NCBI GenBank assembly: GCA_963668175.1
Contig: OY764159.1
Location: forward strand, 576,001-640,000
Direction: 5' to 3'
Length of the DNA stretch: 64,000 nt
Source of the DNA: Syntrophales bacterium
GTDB lineage: Bacteria; Desulfobacterota; Syntrophia; Syntrophales; PHBD01
Each line of letters starts with the position of its first letter. Position 1 is the first letter of the stretch. Below are positions 52,768-63,606 of this stretch, in pieces. A program made the position numbers and the translations under genes. The notes under the pieces were generated by a model, which was not told the DNA's origin, ran no database searches, and saw nothing but the letters and a program-made list of their open reading frames with translations.

Positions 52768-54651
52768 ATGGCTATAATGAAGCAAATGTTAATCAATGCC
52801 GTTCATGCCGAACAAAAACGCATGGCGATCGTAGAAGACGGCAAACTCGTCGAGTTTAACATTCAGATGTCCGTGAAGGAGGCGATAACGGGCAATGTCT
52901 ACAAAGGCGTCGTGCAAAAAGTGGAGCGCGGCCTGCAGGCCGCCTTCGTCAATTACGGAGGCAAAAGAGACGGTTTCCTGCCCCTGCGGGACGTCAGCAG
53001 CGAATATTTCACCGATCAGAAGGAAAACGGACGCCCGTCGCTGAAGGTCGGACAGGAGATCCTGGTCCAGATCGTCCGCGAGGTCGGGGAACGCAAAGGG
53101 GCGCTTCTCACCACGTACATATCCTTACCGGGCAGGTATCTTGTCTTGCTTCCCAACAAGCAGAGCAGCGGGATCTCGAGAAAGATCGAAGACGAAGAGG
53201 ACAGAAAAAGACTCAAGAAACTCGTGGAACAGATCAGGGTCGATGAAGGCATCGGTTTTATTGTGCGGACGGCCGGAATGAGCCGTACCAAGCAGGAACT
53301 TTCCCGCGATTATCAAAACCTTTCCCGTCTGTGGCGCGAGATACAAAAGAGGGGCAAAAGCGTTCCCGCACCGGCCGCAATCTATCAGGAGAGCGATTTC
53401 GGCATTTGTTCTCTTCGGGATTACTATACATCGGAAATCAACGATATCCTTGTCGATGATTTGGAAACCTTTAAGAAAATGAGGGAATACTGCAAGGTCG
53501 TCGTTCCCAAGACCGCCAAGATTCTAAGGCTCTACAAGGAAAAAACCCCCATTTTCGATCAGAATCAACTGGAAGACCAGATCCGGATAATCTACCAGGA
53601 ACAGGTAGAGTTGCGCTCCGGCGGGTACATCGTCATCAATCCTACGGAGGCCATGATAACGATCGACGTCAATTCCGGCCGCGCGTCCAATAAGCGGAAT
53701 GTGGAAGAAACGGCCTTCAAGACGAATCTGGAGGCCGCCGAGGAAATAGCACGACAGCTCAGGCTCCGGGACCTGGGAGGGCTCATCGTTATCGACTTCA
53801 TCGACATGATGGACCGTAAGCATGATACCGAGGTCGAGAAGGCTTTCAAGAAAGCCCTGAGTGTGGACAGGGCGAGGATCCAGTTATCCCGTATCTCCAA
53901 GTTCGGCATCCTCGAATTGTCGAGGCAGAAGAAGCAACCGACCATCCAGGAAATCAGTTATACGACCTGCCCTTTCTGCAACGGAAGCGGCGTCAGACCC
54001 TCTTTGGAATACACCGCATTGAGCGCCTTCAGAAAGATCGAGTCGCAGGTCGTCAAGGGATTGTATTCGTCCTTCAACGTCAGTCTCCCTTATGAAGTGG
54101 CCGATTATCTCCTGAATCAGAAGCGTGCCGAGCTCATCAAACTGGAAACGACCTATGACATGACGATCCATCTTACCGGCAGCCCCGATATCCCCTGGGA
54201 TATGCTGAAGATGGAATCGATCGGACGTGCCGCCGTCTCGGATCTGCCAGAACCCGCACACAGGGAATCCAGACAAGCGAACGCAAGTCGGGGGGCGTTA
54301 AAATCCCAGGATGTTTCCGCCGGCAATATCGAAGAAACCCCTGTAACGGAGCCGGGGAAAAAGAAACACCGCCGGCGTTCCCGAGGGCGGAGAAAGAAGG
54401 CGTCGGAGAAGACGGCGGATTCTAGACAGGCCGCAACTGGTGATCAATCCTGGGAAGAGTACGATGAGAGCATCAATTACCGGTCGTTCCATCAGCGCAC
54501 CGGATTGTCCGACAGTCCTTACGCCAGTGTCGCCACGGATGCCTATGCGGGAGCGGATGAGGGTGATGACTCGCCCCTCCGCAGCGAGGCCGACGATCCG
54601 GCCAAAGGAGCCACCAGGCAGGTCGAGGTCCTCAACATTTTTGATAAATAA
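52768..54651 (+). CDS. Ribonuclease E/G family
   Basis: S1 domain, LPGRYLVL, IDVNSG, RLRDLGGLIVIDFIDM, CPFC Zn-link, Arg/Lys-rich disordered tail. Confidence 0.94.
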   Translation: MAIMKQMLINAVHAEQKRMAIVEDGKLVEFNIQMSVKEAITGNVYKGVVQKVERGLQAAFVNYGGKRDGFLPLRDVSSEYFTDQKENGRPSLKVGQEILVQIVREVGERKGALLTTYISLPGRYLVLLPNKQSSGISRKIEDEEDRKRLKKLVEQIRVDEGIGFIVRTAGMSRTKQELSRDYQNLSRLWREIQKRGKSVPAPAAIYQESDFGICSLRDYYTSEINDILVDDLETFKKMREYCKVVVPKTAKILRLYKEKTPIFDQNQLEDQIRIIYQEQVELRSGGYIVINPTEAMITIDVNSGRASNKRNVEETAFKTNLEAAEEIARQLRLRDLGGLIVIDFIDMMDRKHDTEVEKAFKKALSVDRARIQLSRISKFGILELSRQKKQPTIQEISYTTCPFCNGSGVRPSLEYTALSAFRKIESQVVKGLYSSFNVSLPYEVADYLLNQKRAELIKLETTYDMTIHLTGSPDIPWDMLKMESIGRAAVSDLPEPAHRESRQANASRGALKSQDVSAGNIEETPVTEPGKKKHRRRSRGRRKKASEKTADSRQAATGDQSWEEYDESINYRSFHQRTGLSDSPYASVATDAYAGADEGDDSPLRSEADDPAKGATRQVEVLNIFDK

Positions 54652-54657
54652 CGTGGT

Positions 54658-54696
54658 GGACCGGGAGCGCCGGCCTGGCGTCCCCGGTCCCTTTTT
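54658..54696 (+). terminator. Intrinsic terminator between convergent RNase E/G and proC
   Basis: GGACCGGG..CGCC/GGCG..CCCGGTCC then CTTTTT. Confidence 0.8.
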
Positions 54697-54698
54697 GC

Positions 54699-55514
54699 TC
54701 ACTTGCCGCCCAACTCCCTTGATCTTAACGTCGCGGCTTCCACGGCCGCCATCAACGTCGCCCGGATCTTACCCTCCTCCAGGGCCTTGATCCCGGCAAT
54801 GGTCGTCCCTGCCGGCGACGTCACCATGTCCTTCAGTTCACCGGGATGCTTACGGCTTTCCAGAAAAAGCTTGGCGGAACCGAAGATCGTCCGTGCGGAA
54901 AGTTCAAGGGCGATATCCCTGCCGAGACCCATACGCACGCCTCCGTCCGACAGGGCCTCGATCATGATGAAAACATAGGCAGGACCGCTGCCGCTCAATC
55001 CCGTAACCGTATCCAGGAGATCTTCCGGAACGACGACGGAGGAACCGACGGCGTCGAAAATACTGCGGGCCGCCGCCAGGTCCTTGTCCGTGGCGTTTGT
55101 GCCTTTTGCCAATGCGGAGATGCCGGCGCTGACGAGGGCCGGAGTATTCGGCATGGTTCTTATGACGCGGACGTTTTTCTGCAGGCGTTCTTCGAGGAAC
55201 CTGATGGGAATGCCCGCGGCAATGGATATGACGATCTTGGTCTTGTCCAGCTCCGGAGAAATCTGGCGGAGCACGGCATCCATGCTTTGCGGTTTGACAG
55301 CCAGAATGACGATATGACACTCCCGGCACAGCTTCAGGTTGTCGGATAGCGTCCGGACGCCGTAAAGATCCCGGAGTTCGTCGAGCCGGGCCGGAGCGAT
55401 ATCTGAAACCGTAATATCCGATGCAGGGACGACCCGATTGGCGATCAGGCCTCCGATAAGCGCCCCGCCCATTTTGCCGCCGCCTATCATACCGATCTTC
55501 TTGCCTTTTATCAT
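54699..55514 (-). CDS. proC: Pyrroline-5-carboxylate reductase
   Basis: IGGGKMG, AVKPQ, RTMPNTP, SGSGPAY, VTSPAGTT. ATG 55514 follows AGGAGG. Confidence 0.96.
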   Translation of the reverse strand: MIKGKKIGMIGGGKMGGALIGGLIANRVVPASDITVSDIAPARLDELRDLYGVRTLSDNLKLCRECHIVILAVKPQSMDAVLRQISPELDKTKIVISIAAGIPIRFLEERLQKNVRVIRTMPNTPALVSAGISALAKGTNATDKDLAAARSIFDAVGSSVVVPEDLLDTVTGLSGSGPAYVFIMIEALSDGGVRMGLGRDIALELSARTIFGSAKLFLESRKHPGELKDMVTSPAGTTIAGIKALEEGKIRATLMAAVEAATLRSRELGGK

Positions 55515-55797
55515 GTCATGCCTCCTTTTGGTCATTGCCGATCGTCCTGAAAGTTCATGAACGAAAAAGCCCGCCGTTGTTTTCTGCCGGTGGATAGCGA
55601 TGTATGTCATTGAATTTGCTCTTGTGTCAACTGCTTTTTTCTCATTTTCCAGCGTGCGGTTTGCTGTTGAGCGGCCGGATACACGGAAATCACGAACCCG
55701 CATTCATACTATCGTGCGAACCGGACGGCCGCATGGCATCACGCCGTCCGGAAATGAAAGAGACCAGGCGAAACCGACGCGTACGTTTCGATTGTGC

Positions 55798-55826
55798 TTG
55801 ACAATAGAAGACCGTCACTTTAGATA
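55798..55826 (+). promoter_or_regulatory. Sigma-70-type promoter candidate of the gcvPB operon
   Basis: TTGACA-17 nt-TAGATA, 35 nt before the ATG. Confidence 0.45.
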
Positions 55827-55861
55827 CAAGACATGAGTAATGATTCCAACCTGGGGGATCG

Positions 55862-57352
55862 ATGAAACTCATTTATGAAAAGAGTCGCCCCGGCAGAACC
55901 GCCTCCGTTGTCCCGAAAAGCGACGTGCCGGATATCGATATCGGCAGTATCATCCGGCCGGAATACCTGCGGGCGGACATACCCCTGCCTGAAGTTTCCG
56001 AAATCGACCTGGTCCGTCACTACACCGGTCTCTCAAGAAGGAATTTCGGCGTCGATAACGGCTTCTATCCGCTCGGTTCCTGCACCATGAAGTACAATCC
56101 CAAAATCAACGAAGACGTAGCCGGCCTGGAGGGGTTCACCTCGCTTCATCCTTATGCGCCTGCCGAATTTATCCAGGGCAACCTGAAACTCATTTACGAA
56201 CTGCGCCGCTACTTGAGCGAGATATTCGGCATGGCGGATTTCACGCTGCAGCCGGCAGCCGGCGCCCAGGGAGAGCTCACCGGCATCATGGTCATCAAGA
56301 AATACTTCGCGAAGCATGGTGAAGAGCGCCATCGTCTCCTGATTCCGGATACGGCCCACGGCACCAACCCTGCGTCCGGGGCATTGTGCGGTTACAGGAC
56401 GGTTACGGTGAAATCGGGCCCGGAAGGAGGCGTCGACATTGCCCATTTGCGGGAACTGATGACGGAAGACGTAGCCGGGCTCATGTTGACCAACCCGAAC
56501 ACCCTGGGGCTTTTCGAGCGCAATATCGAGCAGGTTGCCGCTATCATCCACGGAAAAGGCGGTTTGCTCTATTGCGACGGAGCAAATGCCAATGCGTTCA
56601 TGGGAAAGACCAGACCGGGTGGCCTCGGGTTCGACGTTATCCAATTGAATCTTCATAAGACCTTTTCCACGCCTCACGGCGGCGGCGGTCCGGGAAGCGG
56701 TCCCCTCGGCGTCAAAGAAAAACTCGTACCTTTCCTGCCCATACCCCGGGTGGTTCAAAACGACCGTGTTTACGCCTGGGACGATGCCTATCCCGACAGC
56801 ATCGGACGGGTCAAAGCCTTTTACGGCAATTTTAACGTCATGGTGAAGGCGTATACCTATATCCGTTCGCTGGGTCCGGACGGCTTGCGGCACGTGAGCG
56901 AAACAGCCGTGTTGAATGCCAATTATGTCGAGGCAAGACTGAAACCCTGGTTCGATCTTCCCTATGATCGTCCCTGCATGCACGAATGCGTCTTTTCCGG
57001 TTCACGCCAGGTCAGGGAATCGGGCGTCAATACGCTGGATATGGCCAAACGCCTTCTCGATTACGGTTTTCATCCTCCCACCATCTATTTCCCGCTGATT
57101 GTGCCCGAGGCACTCATGATCGAGCCCGGCGAAACGGAAAGCAAAGAAACCCTCGACGACTTCTGCAATGCCATGATTGCCATCGCCGGGGAGGCAAAGG
57201 ATAACCCCGAGCTTGTCAAATCTGCGCCGCTGACGACGCCGGTGCAAAGACTTGACGAGGTCAAAGCCGCGCGGGAACCGGATGTTTGCTGGCGCAGTCC
57301 GAGATCCGGAGATTCACGCCCAACAGAGGTCATCCATGAAAAAACTGATTGA
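55862..57352 (+). CDS. gcvPB: Glycine dehydrogenase (decarboxylating) subunit 2
   Basis: [30 protein letters not shown] lysine motif [16 protein letters not shown]. Confidence 0.95.
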   Translation: MKLIYEKSRPGRTASVVPKSDVPDIDIGSIIRPEYLRADIPLPEVSEIDLVRHYTGLSRRNFGVDNGFYPLGSCTMKYNPKINEDVAGLEGFTSLHPYAPAEFIQGNLKLIYELRRYLSEIFGMADFTLQPAAGAQGELTGIMVIKKYFAKHGEERHRLLIPDTAHGTNPASGALCGYRTVTVKSGPEGGVDIAHLRELMTEDVAGLMLTNPNTLGLFERNIEQVAAIIHGKGGLLYCDGANANAFMGKTRPGGLGFDVIQLNLHKTFSTPHGGGGPGSGPLGVKEKLVPFLPIPRVVQNDRVYAWDDAYPDSIGRVKAFYGNFNVMVKAYTYIRSLGPDGLRHVSETAVLNANYVEARLKPWFDLPYDRPCMHECVFSGSRQVRESGVNTLDMAKRLLDYGFHPPTIYFPLIVPEALMIEPGETESKETLDDFCNAMIAIAGEAKDNPELVKSAPLTTPVQRLDEVKAAREPDVCWRSPRSGDSRPTEVIHEKTD

Positions 57353-59150
57353 TACCCCCAAAGAAATTCTGGTCAAGAAGCTGTGGGACGCCGATCCGCG
57401 AATCTTCAAGATGCTTAGGGATTCCAAGCATGTGGAAGAAGCAAGGCACCTGCTTTTCGACTATTTCAATTACCTGGACCGTTCCCTGTTCAATATGAAG
57501 CCCGACACCTTTTTCGCCAAGATGAACATCGTCGAGAAACGGAACGCCAAGGAATGCATACGGGTCTTCTCCAATACGATAAGAACCGAAAATGAATATC
57601 TGACCAAAGCCTCCCCCCTGCAGCTTCTCTGCGATCTGGCCCAGGAAGTGCCCGGGGCCTTGGAACGCGTCACGGAGGCCTTCCTCTGCGAGTATATAGC
57701 GTTCTTCTACGGCATCACGGGGAAGGCCGGGAAGCACGAAAAAAGCCAGGATCTCTTTCATATGAAGGACGGCAGACAGGCGGCGATCATCCGTTCCAAA
57801 CAGCTCGACGAATATGCGGCCCTGATCCGAAAATATATCCGCCGTTATAAAACAGGTCTGCAGCGCGGCATCGTCAAGGAAAGGGAAGCCTTAAAAACGA
57901 AGATTCTTGAGCACTTCGGCGGAAACGAAGCGGACTGGCAGGACTATATGTGGCATTATAAGCACATCATCAAGGATCTGAACACCCTGTCGTCCCTTGT
58001 CCATTTGGAGAAAGACGAGCGGGAAGGCCTTCAATGCGCCAAACAGCAAGGCATCCCTTTTGAAATCACGCCGTATTACCTGTCCCTGTTCCACGCCGAA
58101 GGCCGGACGGACTATGACCGCCAGATACGCGCCCAGGTCATTCCCAGTGTCCGGTATTGCACAAGTGTGGCGGAAAGCAGAACAAAAGGGATCGACATGG
58201 ATTTCATGGGCGAGAAATCGACGAGCCCCATCGACGGCATCACCCGCCGGTACCCGGAGATTGTGATCCTCAAGCCCTACCATTCGTGTCCGCAAATCTG
58301 CGTCTATTGCCAGCGCAACTGGGAAATCAAATGCATGGACGACGAAGTGCAGATGAGCCGGGCGAAGGTGAAGGCCGCCATCGCCTGGATCAAGGATCAT
58401 GACAGTATCACGGAGGTCCTGATTACCGGGGGAGACCCCCTGACCTTAAAGAACGACTACCTGGAATGGCTGATCGGGGAAGTGGCCGCCATTGATCATA
58501 TCCAGAGAATCAGGATAGGAACGCGGGTCCCGGTAACGGTGCCCTGCCGTATCAATGAAGGTTTTCTCGACATCTTGAAGAAGTACCATCAGTGGGGAAA
58601 GCGGGAAATCGCCATCGTCACCCACTTCGAACATGCCATGGAAGTCACTCCCGAGGCCGTGAAGGCAATCGAAAGCCTGAAAAAGATCGGGATCAATATT
58701 TACAATCAGCAGGTTTTCACCTATTACAACAGCCGTCGTTTTGAAACGTCTCTTCTCAGGAAGGTGCTCAAGGTCTCGGGAGTCGATCCCTACTATTCCT
58801 TCAGCAGCAAGGGAAAAGAGGAAACGATCGATTTCCGTGTCCCTATCGCCAGGATCGAACAGGAAAGGGTGGAGGAAGCCCGGCTGCAGCCTGGGTTGGA
58901 GCGGACGGACGAACCGGTCTTCAACCTGCCCCGCCTCGGCAAATCCTATCTTCGGGCCTGGCAGGATCACGAAGTCATCATGGTCCTGCCCGACGGCCGC
59001 CGGGTCTACCGTTTCTATTCCTGGGAGGTCAGGCTCGTCACGGCGCTGGAATATCTGCATGCCGATGTTTCGATCTACGACTACCTGAAGCGGCTGGAGG
59101 CCGACGGCGAGAATCTGTCCGATTACACCACCATTTGGTATTATTTCTAA
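57336..59150 (+). CDS. KamA-family radical SAM aminomutase with long N-terminal extension
   Basis: [46 protein letters not shown]. Confidence 0.88.
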   Translation: MKKLIDTPKEILVKKLWDADPRIFKMLRDSKHVEEARHLLFDYFNYLDRSLFNMKPDTFFAKMNIVEKRNAKECIRVFSNTIRTENEYLTKASPLQLLCDLAQEVPGALERVTEAFLCEYIAFFYGITGKAGKHEKSQDLFHMKDGRQAAIIRSKQLDEYAALIRKYIRRYKTGLQRGIVKEREALKTKILEHFGGNEADWQDYMWHYKHIIKDLNTLSSLVHLEKDEREGLQCAKQQGIPFEITPYYLSLFHAEGRTDYDRQIRAQVIPSVRYCTSVAESRTKGIDMDFMGEKSTSPIDGITRRYPEIVILKPYHSCPQICVYCQRNWEIKCMDDEVQMSRAKVKAAIAWIKDHDSITEVLITGGDPLTLKNDYLEWLIGEVAAIDHIQRIRIGTRVPVTVPCRINEGFLDILKKYHQWGKREIAIVTHFEHAMEVTPEAVKAIESLKKIGINIYNQQVFTYYNSRRFETSLLRKVLKVSGVDPYYSFSSKGKEETIDFRVPIARIEQERVEEARLQPGLERTDEPVFNLPRLGKSYLRAWQDHEVIMVLPDGRRVYRFYSWEVRLVTALEYLHADVSIYDYLKRLEADGENLSDYTTIWYYF

Positions 59151-60056
59151 ATGGGTATCGATTCGGAACATGCCTCCATGCACCGGCGCAAACCGGATTG
59201 GCTCAAAGTCCGATTGCCGGGAGGCCCCGGCAGGGCGCGGGTGAAGGCCGTCCTCGATCGGCAGCGGCTGCATTCCATCTGCCAGGAAGCACGCTGTCCC
59301 AATATGGCCGAGTGTTTCCGGGAAGGGACCGCGACATTCCTGATTATGGGAAATGTCTGCAGCCGGCACTGTCTTTACTGCAACGTCATCCACGGGCGGC
59401 CGGCGGCATTGGACGAAAATGAGACGGACCGGCTGGCGGATGCCGTTGCTGCCCTCGATTTGAAGTATGCCGTTATAACATCGGTCACAAGAGACGATCT
59501 GCCGGACGGCGGCGCTGCCGTCTTCGTTAGGGCCATCGCGGCTTTGCGGGAACGGGTTCCGGGCTGCCGCGTGGAGGTACTCGTCCCCGACTTTCAGGGG
59601 AACGACGAGGCCCTCAAGCAGGTCCTGGATGCAGGGCCCGCTGTCCTCAACCACAACATGGAGGTTGTACCCGGCCTCTTTTCCCGCCTCCGTCCCCAGG
59701 GCCGTTACGACGTTTCCCTGGGCGTCATCCGGCATGCCGCGCAGGACGGCGGTGTCGCCGTCAAATCGGGTTTCATGGTCGGCTTGGGGGAATCCCTCCG
59801 GGATATCAGGGGTCTATTGAAAGATCTGCGCGGGGCGGGCTGCGGACATGTAACCGTCGGGCAATATCTGCAGCCGACGCGGGATCACTATCCGGTCCAG
59901 AAGTATTATCACCCTGACGAGTTCGAAGCGATCAGGAAATTAGCAGAAGGAATGGGCTTCGGCCGCGTTGAGGCGGGGCCGTTGGTGCGCAGTTCCTATC
60001 ACGCCGCCCGGGCCTATCCGGATGGTAGATCGCAACACGTCATGGAACATGACTAA
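59151..60056 (+). CDS. lipA: Lipoyl synthase
   Basis: KPDWLK, CQEARCPNMAEC, CSRHCLYC, TSVTRDDL, RSSYHA. Confidence 0.96.
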   Translation: MGIDSEHASMHRRKPDWLKVRLPGGPGRARVKAVLDRQRLHSICQEARCPNMAECFREGTATFLIMGNVCSRHCLYCNVIHGRPAALDENETDRLADAVAALDLKYAVITSVTRDDLPDGGAAVFVRAIAALRERVPGCRVEVLVPDFQGNDEALKQVLDAGPAVLNHNMEVVPGLFSRLRPQGRYDVSLGVIRHAAQDGGVAVKSGFMVGLGESLRDIRGLLKDLRGAGCGHVTVGQYLQPTRDHYPVQKYYHPDEFEAIRKLAEGMGFGRVEAGPLVRSSYHAARAYPDGRSQHVMEHD

Positions 60057-60078
60057 AGCAATTTAAGGAGGAGGGAAG

Positions 60079-61434
60079 GTGCCGGAGAAATACGATGTCG
60101 TGATCATCGGGGGAGGGCCCGGCGGCCATGCCGCCGCCGTTCATTCGGCGCGTGACGGCGCCAGGGCCGCCATTATTGAAAACAGGGGCTGGGGCGGTAC
60201 ATGCACCCACCGCGGCTGCATTCCAACGAAGGCCCTTTTGACGTGCAGCCATCAATATACCGGTCTGTCCCGTTTGAAAAGATTCGGTGTCGCCGCAACG
60301 GGGACATCGTTCGATTTTTCCGCCATGAAGAGACATCAGGCCCAACTTGTCAGGATGGCGGCCGTGGGAGTCGAAAAGCAGCTTAAGGATACCGGCGTCG
60401 TACACATGATCGGACGGGCCGCCATGCTATCGCCTGATGAAGTTCTGTATCAGTCGGCCGACGGCAAGGAAGACCGGTTGCAGACGGATAGAATCGTTGT
60501 CGCCTGGGGTGCCGAGCCCCAGCTGCCGCCCGGCATCATCCTCTCCGACCGGGTGCTTACGTCCGACGGCATGCTGGCCCTGGATCGTCTGCCCGGCAAG
60601 GTGCTCATCATCGGCGGCAGCGTGATCGGGGTGGAGTTCGCCACTTTCCTTGCCGAACTGGGAGTGCAGGTGACACTCGTCGAACTGCTCGACCGTCTCC
60701 TGCCGGGGGAAGACGAGGATTTGAGCGAATTTGTGGCACAGATCATGGGACGCCTGGGAGTGGCCGTTCATACCGCCACTCGGATGAAGAAGATAACGGA
60801 GACGGCCGACGGCGTGCAGACGGAAGCGGAAGGGGCAAACGGAACGGCGTTCATCCTGCCGGCGGAGTGCATTCTCGTCTGTACGGGCAGAAAGCCCTGC
60901 CTCCATGAAGAGGAGCTCGCCGCCCTGGGCATCCAATACGACAGGAAGGGCATCGCCGTGGACGCTCAACAGCGGACGACCTGCGGGAACATCTTTGCGA
61001 TCGGCGACGTCACCGGCGGGATGATGCTTGCCCACCGCGCGGCGCAACAGGGCAAAGCCCTGGCAAGCCATCTCTTCGGAAGCGGTGCGGTTGCCTGCAG
61101 CGATGACGCGGTGCCCGCCGTTATCTACACGCATCCCAACGTCGCCCGGGTGGGTCTGACGGAGGCCGAGGCGGAACGGCAGGGATTGCGCATCGACGTA
61201 GTCCGTTCCGATTACGGGGCCAACATCATGGCCAGGGCGGAACTGCAAGGCCAGGGATTTGCCAAGCTCATATTCCACAAGAGGCGGCTGCTCGGCGCAT
61301 CGATTGCAGGCGAGCAGGCGGGAAATCTTATCGCCGCGCTGAGCCTGGCCGTCACCGCCGGTGTGAGTATCGATACGTGGAAATCGTGGATACTGCCCCA
61401 TCCGACGATTGCCGAAGTGATGGCGTATGATTAA
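60079..61434 (+). CDS. lpdA: Dihydrolipoyl dehydrogenase
   Basis: GGGPGG, GGTCTHRGCIPTK, MLAHRA, HPTIAE. AGGAGG RBS, GTG start. Confidence 0.87.
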   Translation: MPEKYDVVIIGGGPGGHAAAVHSARDGARAAIIENRGWGGTCTHRGCIPTKALLTCSHQYTGLSRLKRFGVAATGTSFDFSAMKRHQAQLVRMAAVGVEKQLKDTGVVHMIGRAAMLSPDEVLYQSADGKEDRLQTDRIVVAWGAEPQLPPGIILSDRVLTSDGMLALDRLPGKVLIIGGSVIGVEFATFLAELGVQVTLVELLDRLLPGEDEDLSEFVAQIMGRLGVAVHTATRMKKITETADGVQTEAEGANGTAFILPAECILVCTGRKPCLHEEELAALGIQYDRKGIAVDAQQRTTCGNIFAIGDVTGGMMLAHRAAQQGKALASHLFGSGAVACSDDAVPAVIYTHPNVARVGLTEAEAERQGLRIDVVRSDYGANIMARAELQGQGFAKLIFHKRRLLGASIAGEQAGNLIAALSLAVTAGVSIDTWKSWILPHPTIAEVMAYD

Positions 61435-61488
61435 ACGGCAACCGGCGGACCCGTTTTTGAGGAAGACGCGGTCTGCGCCATGGGGCGG

Positions 61489-61668
61489 CTAATCCGTTCG
61501 ATAGTCCGTGTCGGATTCCGCTTCCGCACGCTCCTTCTTCCGGTTGGCCATGCATTCACGGCACCAGATGGTATAGCCGCACTGCCCCTTGCAGTTTTCA
61601 AAATCGTCTTCTTCCTTCTTGATTTCCTTCCCGTCAGAGGATGGGTCGGGCCGTTCCGCCGGTGACAT
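61489..61668 (-). CDS. Small 59-aa protein with C-x3-C-x5-C-x2-C motif (not in ORF track)
   Basis: MSPAERPDPSSDGKEIKKEEDDFENCKGQCGYTIWCRECMANRKKERAEAESDTDYRTD. AGGAG 6 nt before the ATG. Confidence 0.65.
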   Translation of the reverse strand: MSPAERPDPSSDGKEIKKEEDDFENCKGQCGYTIWCRECMANRKKERAEAESDTDYRTD

Positions 61669-61677
61669 AAAACGCTC

Positions 61678-63465
61678 CTATCGGTACATGGCGTCGATTC
61701 GTTCCCGGTATTTCTGAAAAACGACGCGCCTTTTTAATTTCAACGTCGGGGTCAGGGTGCCGTTCTGCAGGGTGAAAGGCTCCGATAGAAAGATGAATCG
61801 CTTCGGGATCTCGTAACCGCCATATTTACCCTCGAGCGCGTGTGTGATTTCGCTCGCGAACAGCTGCCGGATATCGTTTCTTTGCAGGAGTGTATCCATA
61901 TCGACGGGCAGGTTATGTTTCTCGGCGTAGCGCTCCAGTGCAGACATGTCGGGAACGACCATGCAGATGTTGAACGGCCGGTTTTCTCCGTACACAACGG
62001 CCTGCTTGATCGAAGGCAGAAGCGAGATGTCTTCTTCCAATGCCGCAGGAAAAACAAATTTGCCGTTTTCCAGCTTATACTGCTCCTTAAGACGGCCGGT
62101 GATGTAAAGGTATCCGTCCTCGTCGAGACGGCCCCGGTCGCCGGTTCTCACGCCTCCGTCCGGGGTCATGACCTCTTTCGTCAGTTCGGGTTTATTGTGA
62201 TATCCCTTCATGACATTGGGGCCGTAAACGACGATTTCACCATCCGCCGCCCCTTCCTCGACGACCGAGCGGTCGATGATGAGCCGGACATTGTCTATCG
62301 CCCGGCCGACACTGCCAAGCCTGTGATCGGTTGGCGTGTTCATGGCGATACCCGGCGACATCTCCGTCATGCCGTAGCAGTCGTAGACGGGGATGCCGAT
62401 GTCGAAGAAGAAGAGAGAAATCTCAAGGTTCATCATCGCGCTTGCCGTTATCACCCCTTTGAGGCGTCCGCCGAACAATTCCCTGATTCTCCGGAACACG
62501 ATTTTGTCGGCCAAGGCGAACTTGAGGTTGGCCATGATGGAGAATTTTCCTTCCGCGGCCAGGCGACGTTTCTCTTTTCCCGCCTCAACGCCCATCACGA
62601 ACAGCGCTTTGGCCGGACCGCCCTTCTCATTTAATTTGCTCCAGAGGGTGGAATATATTCTGTTAAAGACGCGGGGTACGGCCAGGAAATACGTCGGCCT
62701 GACTTTTCCTAAATCGCCGAGCAGTGTGGCCGTACTCTCCATGAAGCCTATGGAACCTCCCATATTGATAAGTCCGCGCATCTCCATCTGGCCGTATGTG
62801 TGCGCCCAGGGCAGCAGGGAGAGCGTCCGGTCGTTTTCATTCATTTCGTGATAGCTCTGCACAAGGGCCTGCGTGTTGCTCGTCAGGTTCGCATGCGTCA
62901 GAAGCACACCTCTCGGGTCGTCCGTCGTCCCCGACGTATAGATGATAACGGCGACATCTTCCGCCGGCGGGTGAACGGAGGGGACAGGATTTTGTTCGCC
63001 GACGGTTTCCATGTCCGCCATAGTATCCTTTCCCGCACCATCGATCCGGATGATCTGCTGCAATGCAGGGATGCGGCTCGCGAACGCTTTGACCTGTTCC
63101 AAGATCTTCGGGTTGGCGACGAAAAGAAGTTTCACGCCGCTGTCCCTGATAATGTATTCCCAGAAATGCGGCAACTCGACTTCATACATGGGTACAAAGC
63201 ATCCTCCCAGGCCGAGGGTGGCGAAATGGGAGACCGCCCATTCCACGCGGTTGTTGGCGATGATACCGACGACATCGCCTTTCCCGATGCCGGCTTTGGC
63301 AAGTCCGCCGCGCAGATGGTCCACCCGTTTTGCCAAGTCAGCGTATGTGATCCATTGGTAGACACCCTGCTTGTCCTTGGTGCCGAAAAGAGGACGGCTG
63401 CTGAAGCGGCTAACGCTGTTTTCGAATGATTCTACAAGATTGTCTGGTTTGTTAAGCATACTCAT
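61678..63465 (-). CDS. Long-chain fatty acid-CoA ligase (FAA1 type)
   Basis: IIYTSGTT, YGMTE, RTGDRG, GRLKE, LTPTLKLKR. ATG 63465 follows AGGAG. Confidence 0.9.
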   Translation of the reverse strand: MSMLNKPDNLVESFENSVSRFSSRPLFGTKDKQGVYQWITYADLAKRVDHLRGGLAKAGIGKGDVVGIIANNRVEWAVSHFATLGLGGCFVPMYEVELPHFWEYIIRDSGVKLLFVANPKILEQVKAFASRIPALQQIIRIDGAGKDTMADMETVGEQNPVPSVHPPAEDVAVIIYTSGTTDDPRGVLLTHANLTSNTQALVQSYHEMNENDRTLSLLPWAHTYGQMEMRGLINMGGSIGFMESTATLLGDLGKVRPTYFLAVPRVFNRIYSTLWSKLNEKGGPAKALFVMGVEAGKEKRRLAAEGKFSIMANLKFALADKIVFRRIRELFGGRLKGVITASAMMNLEISLFFFDIGIPVYDCYGMTEMSPGIAMNTPTDHRLGSVGRAIDNVRLIIDRSVVEEGAADGEIVVYGPNVMKGYHNKPELTKEVMTPDGGVRTGDRGRLDEDGYLYITGRLKEQYKLENGKFVFPAALEEDISLLPSIKQAVVYGENRPFNICMVVPDMSALERYAEKHNLPVDMDTLLQRNDIRQLFASEITHALEGKYGGYEIPKRFIFLSEPFTLQNGTLTPTLKLKRRVVFQKYRERIDAMYR

Positions 63466-63606
63466 TTGTTTCTCCTGATATTGTAACAGACCGTTATGAT
63501 ATGAAGCGAAATGTTTCTCCACGGTCTTCTCACCAAATATTCAGTATACATGAATTGCCGTCCGGGGTCGCGGAAAAAGTTGTTCCGGTGTGATCGGGCC
63601 GCTTGA

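Noticed and set aside
55515..55861. Possible glycine riboswitch upstream of gcvPB
   Set aside because: Only short hairpins and an AGAGA word; the conserved GCCGAAG and CUCAGG elements were not seen.
61666..61680. Amber read-through fusing the ligase to the small Cys ORF (same frame)
   Set aside because: The ligase ends at its normal C-terminus, the small ORF has its own RBS, and an in-frame position is expected one time in three.
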